Origin: Pelagibacteraceae bacterium
Lineage (GTDB): Bacteria; Pseudomonadota; Alphaproteobacteria; HIMB59; GCA-002718135
Assembly (NCBI GenBank): GCA_017639935.1
Contig: JAGFWP010000018.1
Location: 1-60,688, forward strand
Length of the DNA: 60,688 bases
Direction: 5' to 3'
How positions within the stretch are numbered: position 1 is the first letter of the stretch; every line of letters begins with the position of its first letter. Positions 60,502-60,688 of the stretch are shown in pieces. Made by a program: the position numbers and the translations under genes. Under the pieces are notes generated by a model. The model did no database searches. It was not told where the DNA came from and was given only the letters and a program-made list of their open reading frames with translations.

Positions 60502-60688
60502 TAAAAAATTTTATAGTTAAAGAAAAGGATGAAGAAACTAGAATTGACAGATGGCTGAAAAGAAATTTTTCTTCCTTGAATCAAAACTTTATTGAAAAGA
60601 ATCTTAGGAAGGGATTAATTAAAATAAATTACAGTAAAGTAAAAGCGAATTATAAAGTTACAAAAAACGATATTGTTAACATATTCAA
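60498..60688 (+). CDS. RluA-family pseudouridine synthase (RluC-like), N-terminal S4 domain only (3' end outside the window)
   Basis: The open frame to the window edge translates to ...TRIDRWLKRNFSSLNQNFIEKNLRKGLIKINYSKVKANYKVTKNDIVNIF, a typical S4 RNA-binding domain. There is no ATG. The only candidate start seen is the TTG at 60498, overlapping the crcB stop. Confidence 0.45.
   Translation, partial: MIKNFIVKEKDEETRIDRWLKRNFSSLNQNFIEKNLRKGLIKINYSKVKANYKVTKNDIVNIF

Overview
This is a very AT-rich, extremely gene-dense window. Spot counts give about 25-30% GC in ordinary genes, and many genes overlap by 1-20 nt. Gene order is typical of an alphaproteobacterial chromosome, and a SAR11/Pelagibacterales-type streamlined genome fits best. 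That assignment is an inference from composition, gene packing, synteny and the aprM-aprBA cluster, not a database result.

The window has three parts.
(1) 1-14.9 kb holds housekeeping genes: tilS (partial), ftsH, glmM, hisZ, purA, rpoH, rluD, xseB, dxs, tlyA, aroC, fabI, pdxH and pyrE.
(2) 13.9-30 kb is an accessory-looking redox and cofactor block. It starts with a tightly overlapped minus-strand unit (short membrane protein, TIGR02186-like protein, Usp, PyrE, nucleotidyltransferase). Next comes a compositionally distinct aprM-aprB-aprA adenylylsulfate reductase cluster with an uncharacterised 116-aa ORF coupled to aprA. A convergent TauE/SafE (TSUP) permease follows. The block ends with a molybdenum/tungsten-cofactor and formate dehydrogenase cluster: mobA, fdhD, an orphan TupB-like permease, mobB, moeA, a TusA-like protein, fdsB and fdsA.
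(3) 30-60.7 kb is the translation/transcription supercluster: tRNA-Thr, rlmB, tRNA-Tyr, tRNA-Gly, tuf, tRNA-Trp, secE, nusG, rplKAJL, rpoBC, rpsL, rpsG, fusA, then the fused S10, spc and alpha operons, then crcB and the 5' end of a pseudouridine synthase.

I saw no rRNA, CRISPR array, transposase, integrase or prophage genes.

The items most worth follow-up are:
- the foreign-looking apr block and its unknown 116-aa partner;
- the possibility that the apr block split an ancestral TauE/TIGR02186 pair;
- the orphan tungstate-type permease inside the Moco/FDH cluster;
- the one large structured intergenic RNA (an L10-leader candidate) in an otherwise spacer-free ribosomal region.

I could not identify a clearly novel multi-gene system with confidence. 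The candidates above are hypotheses.
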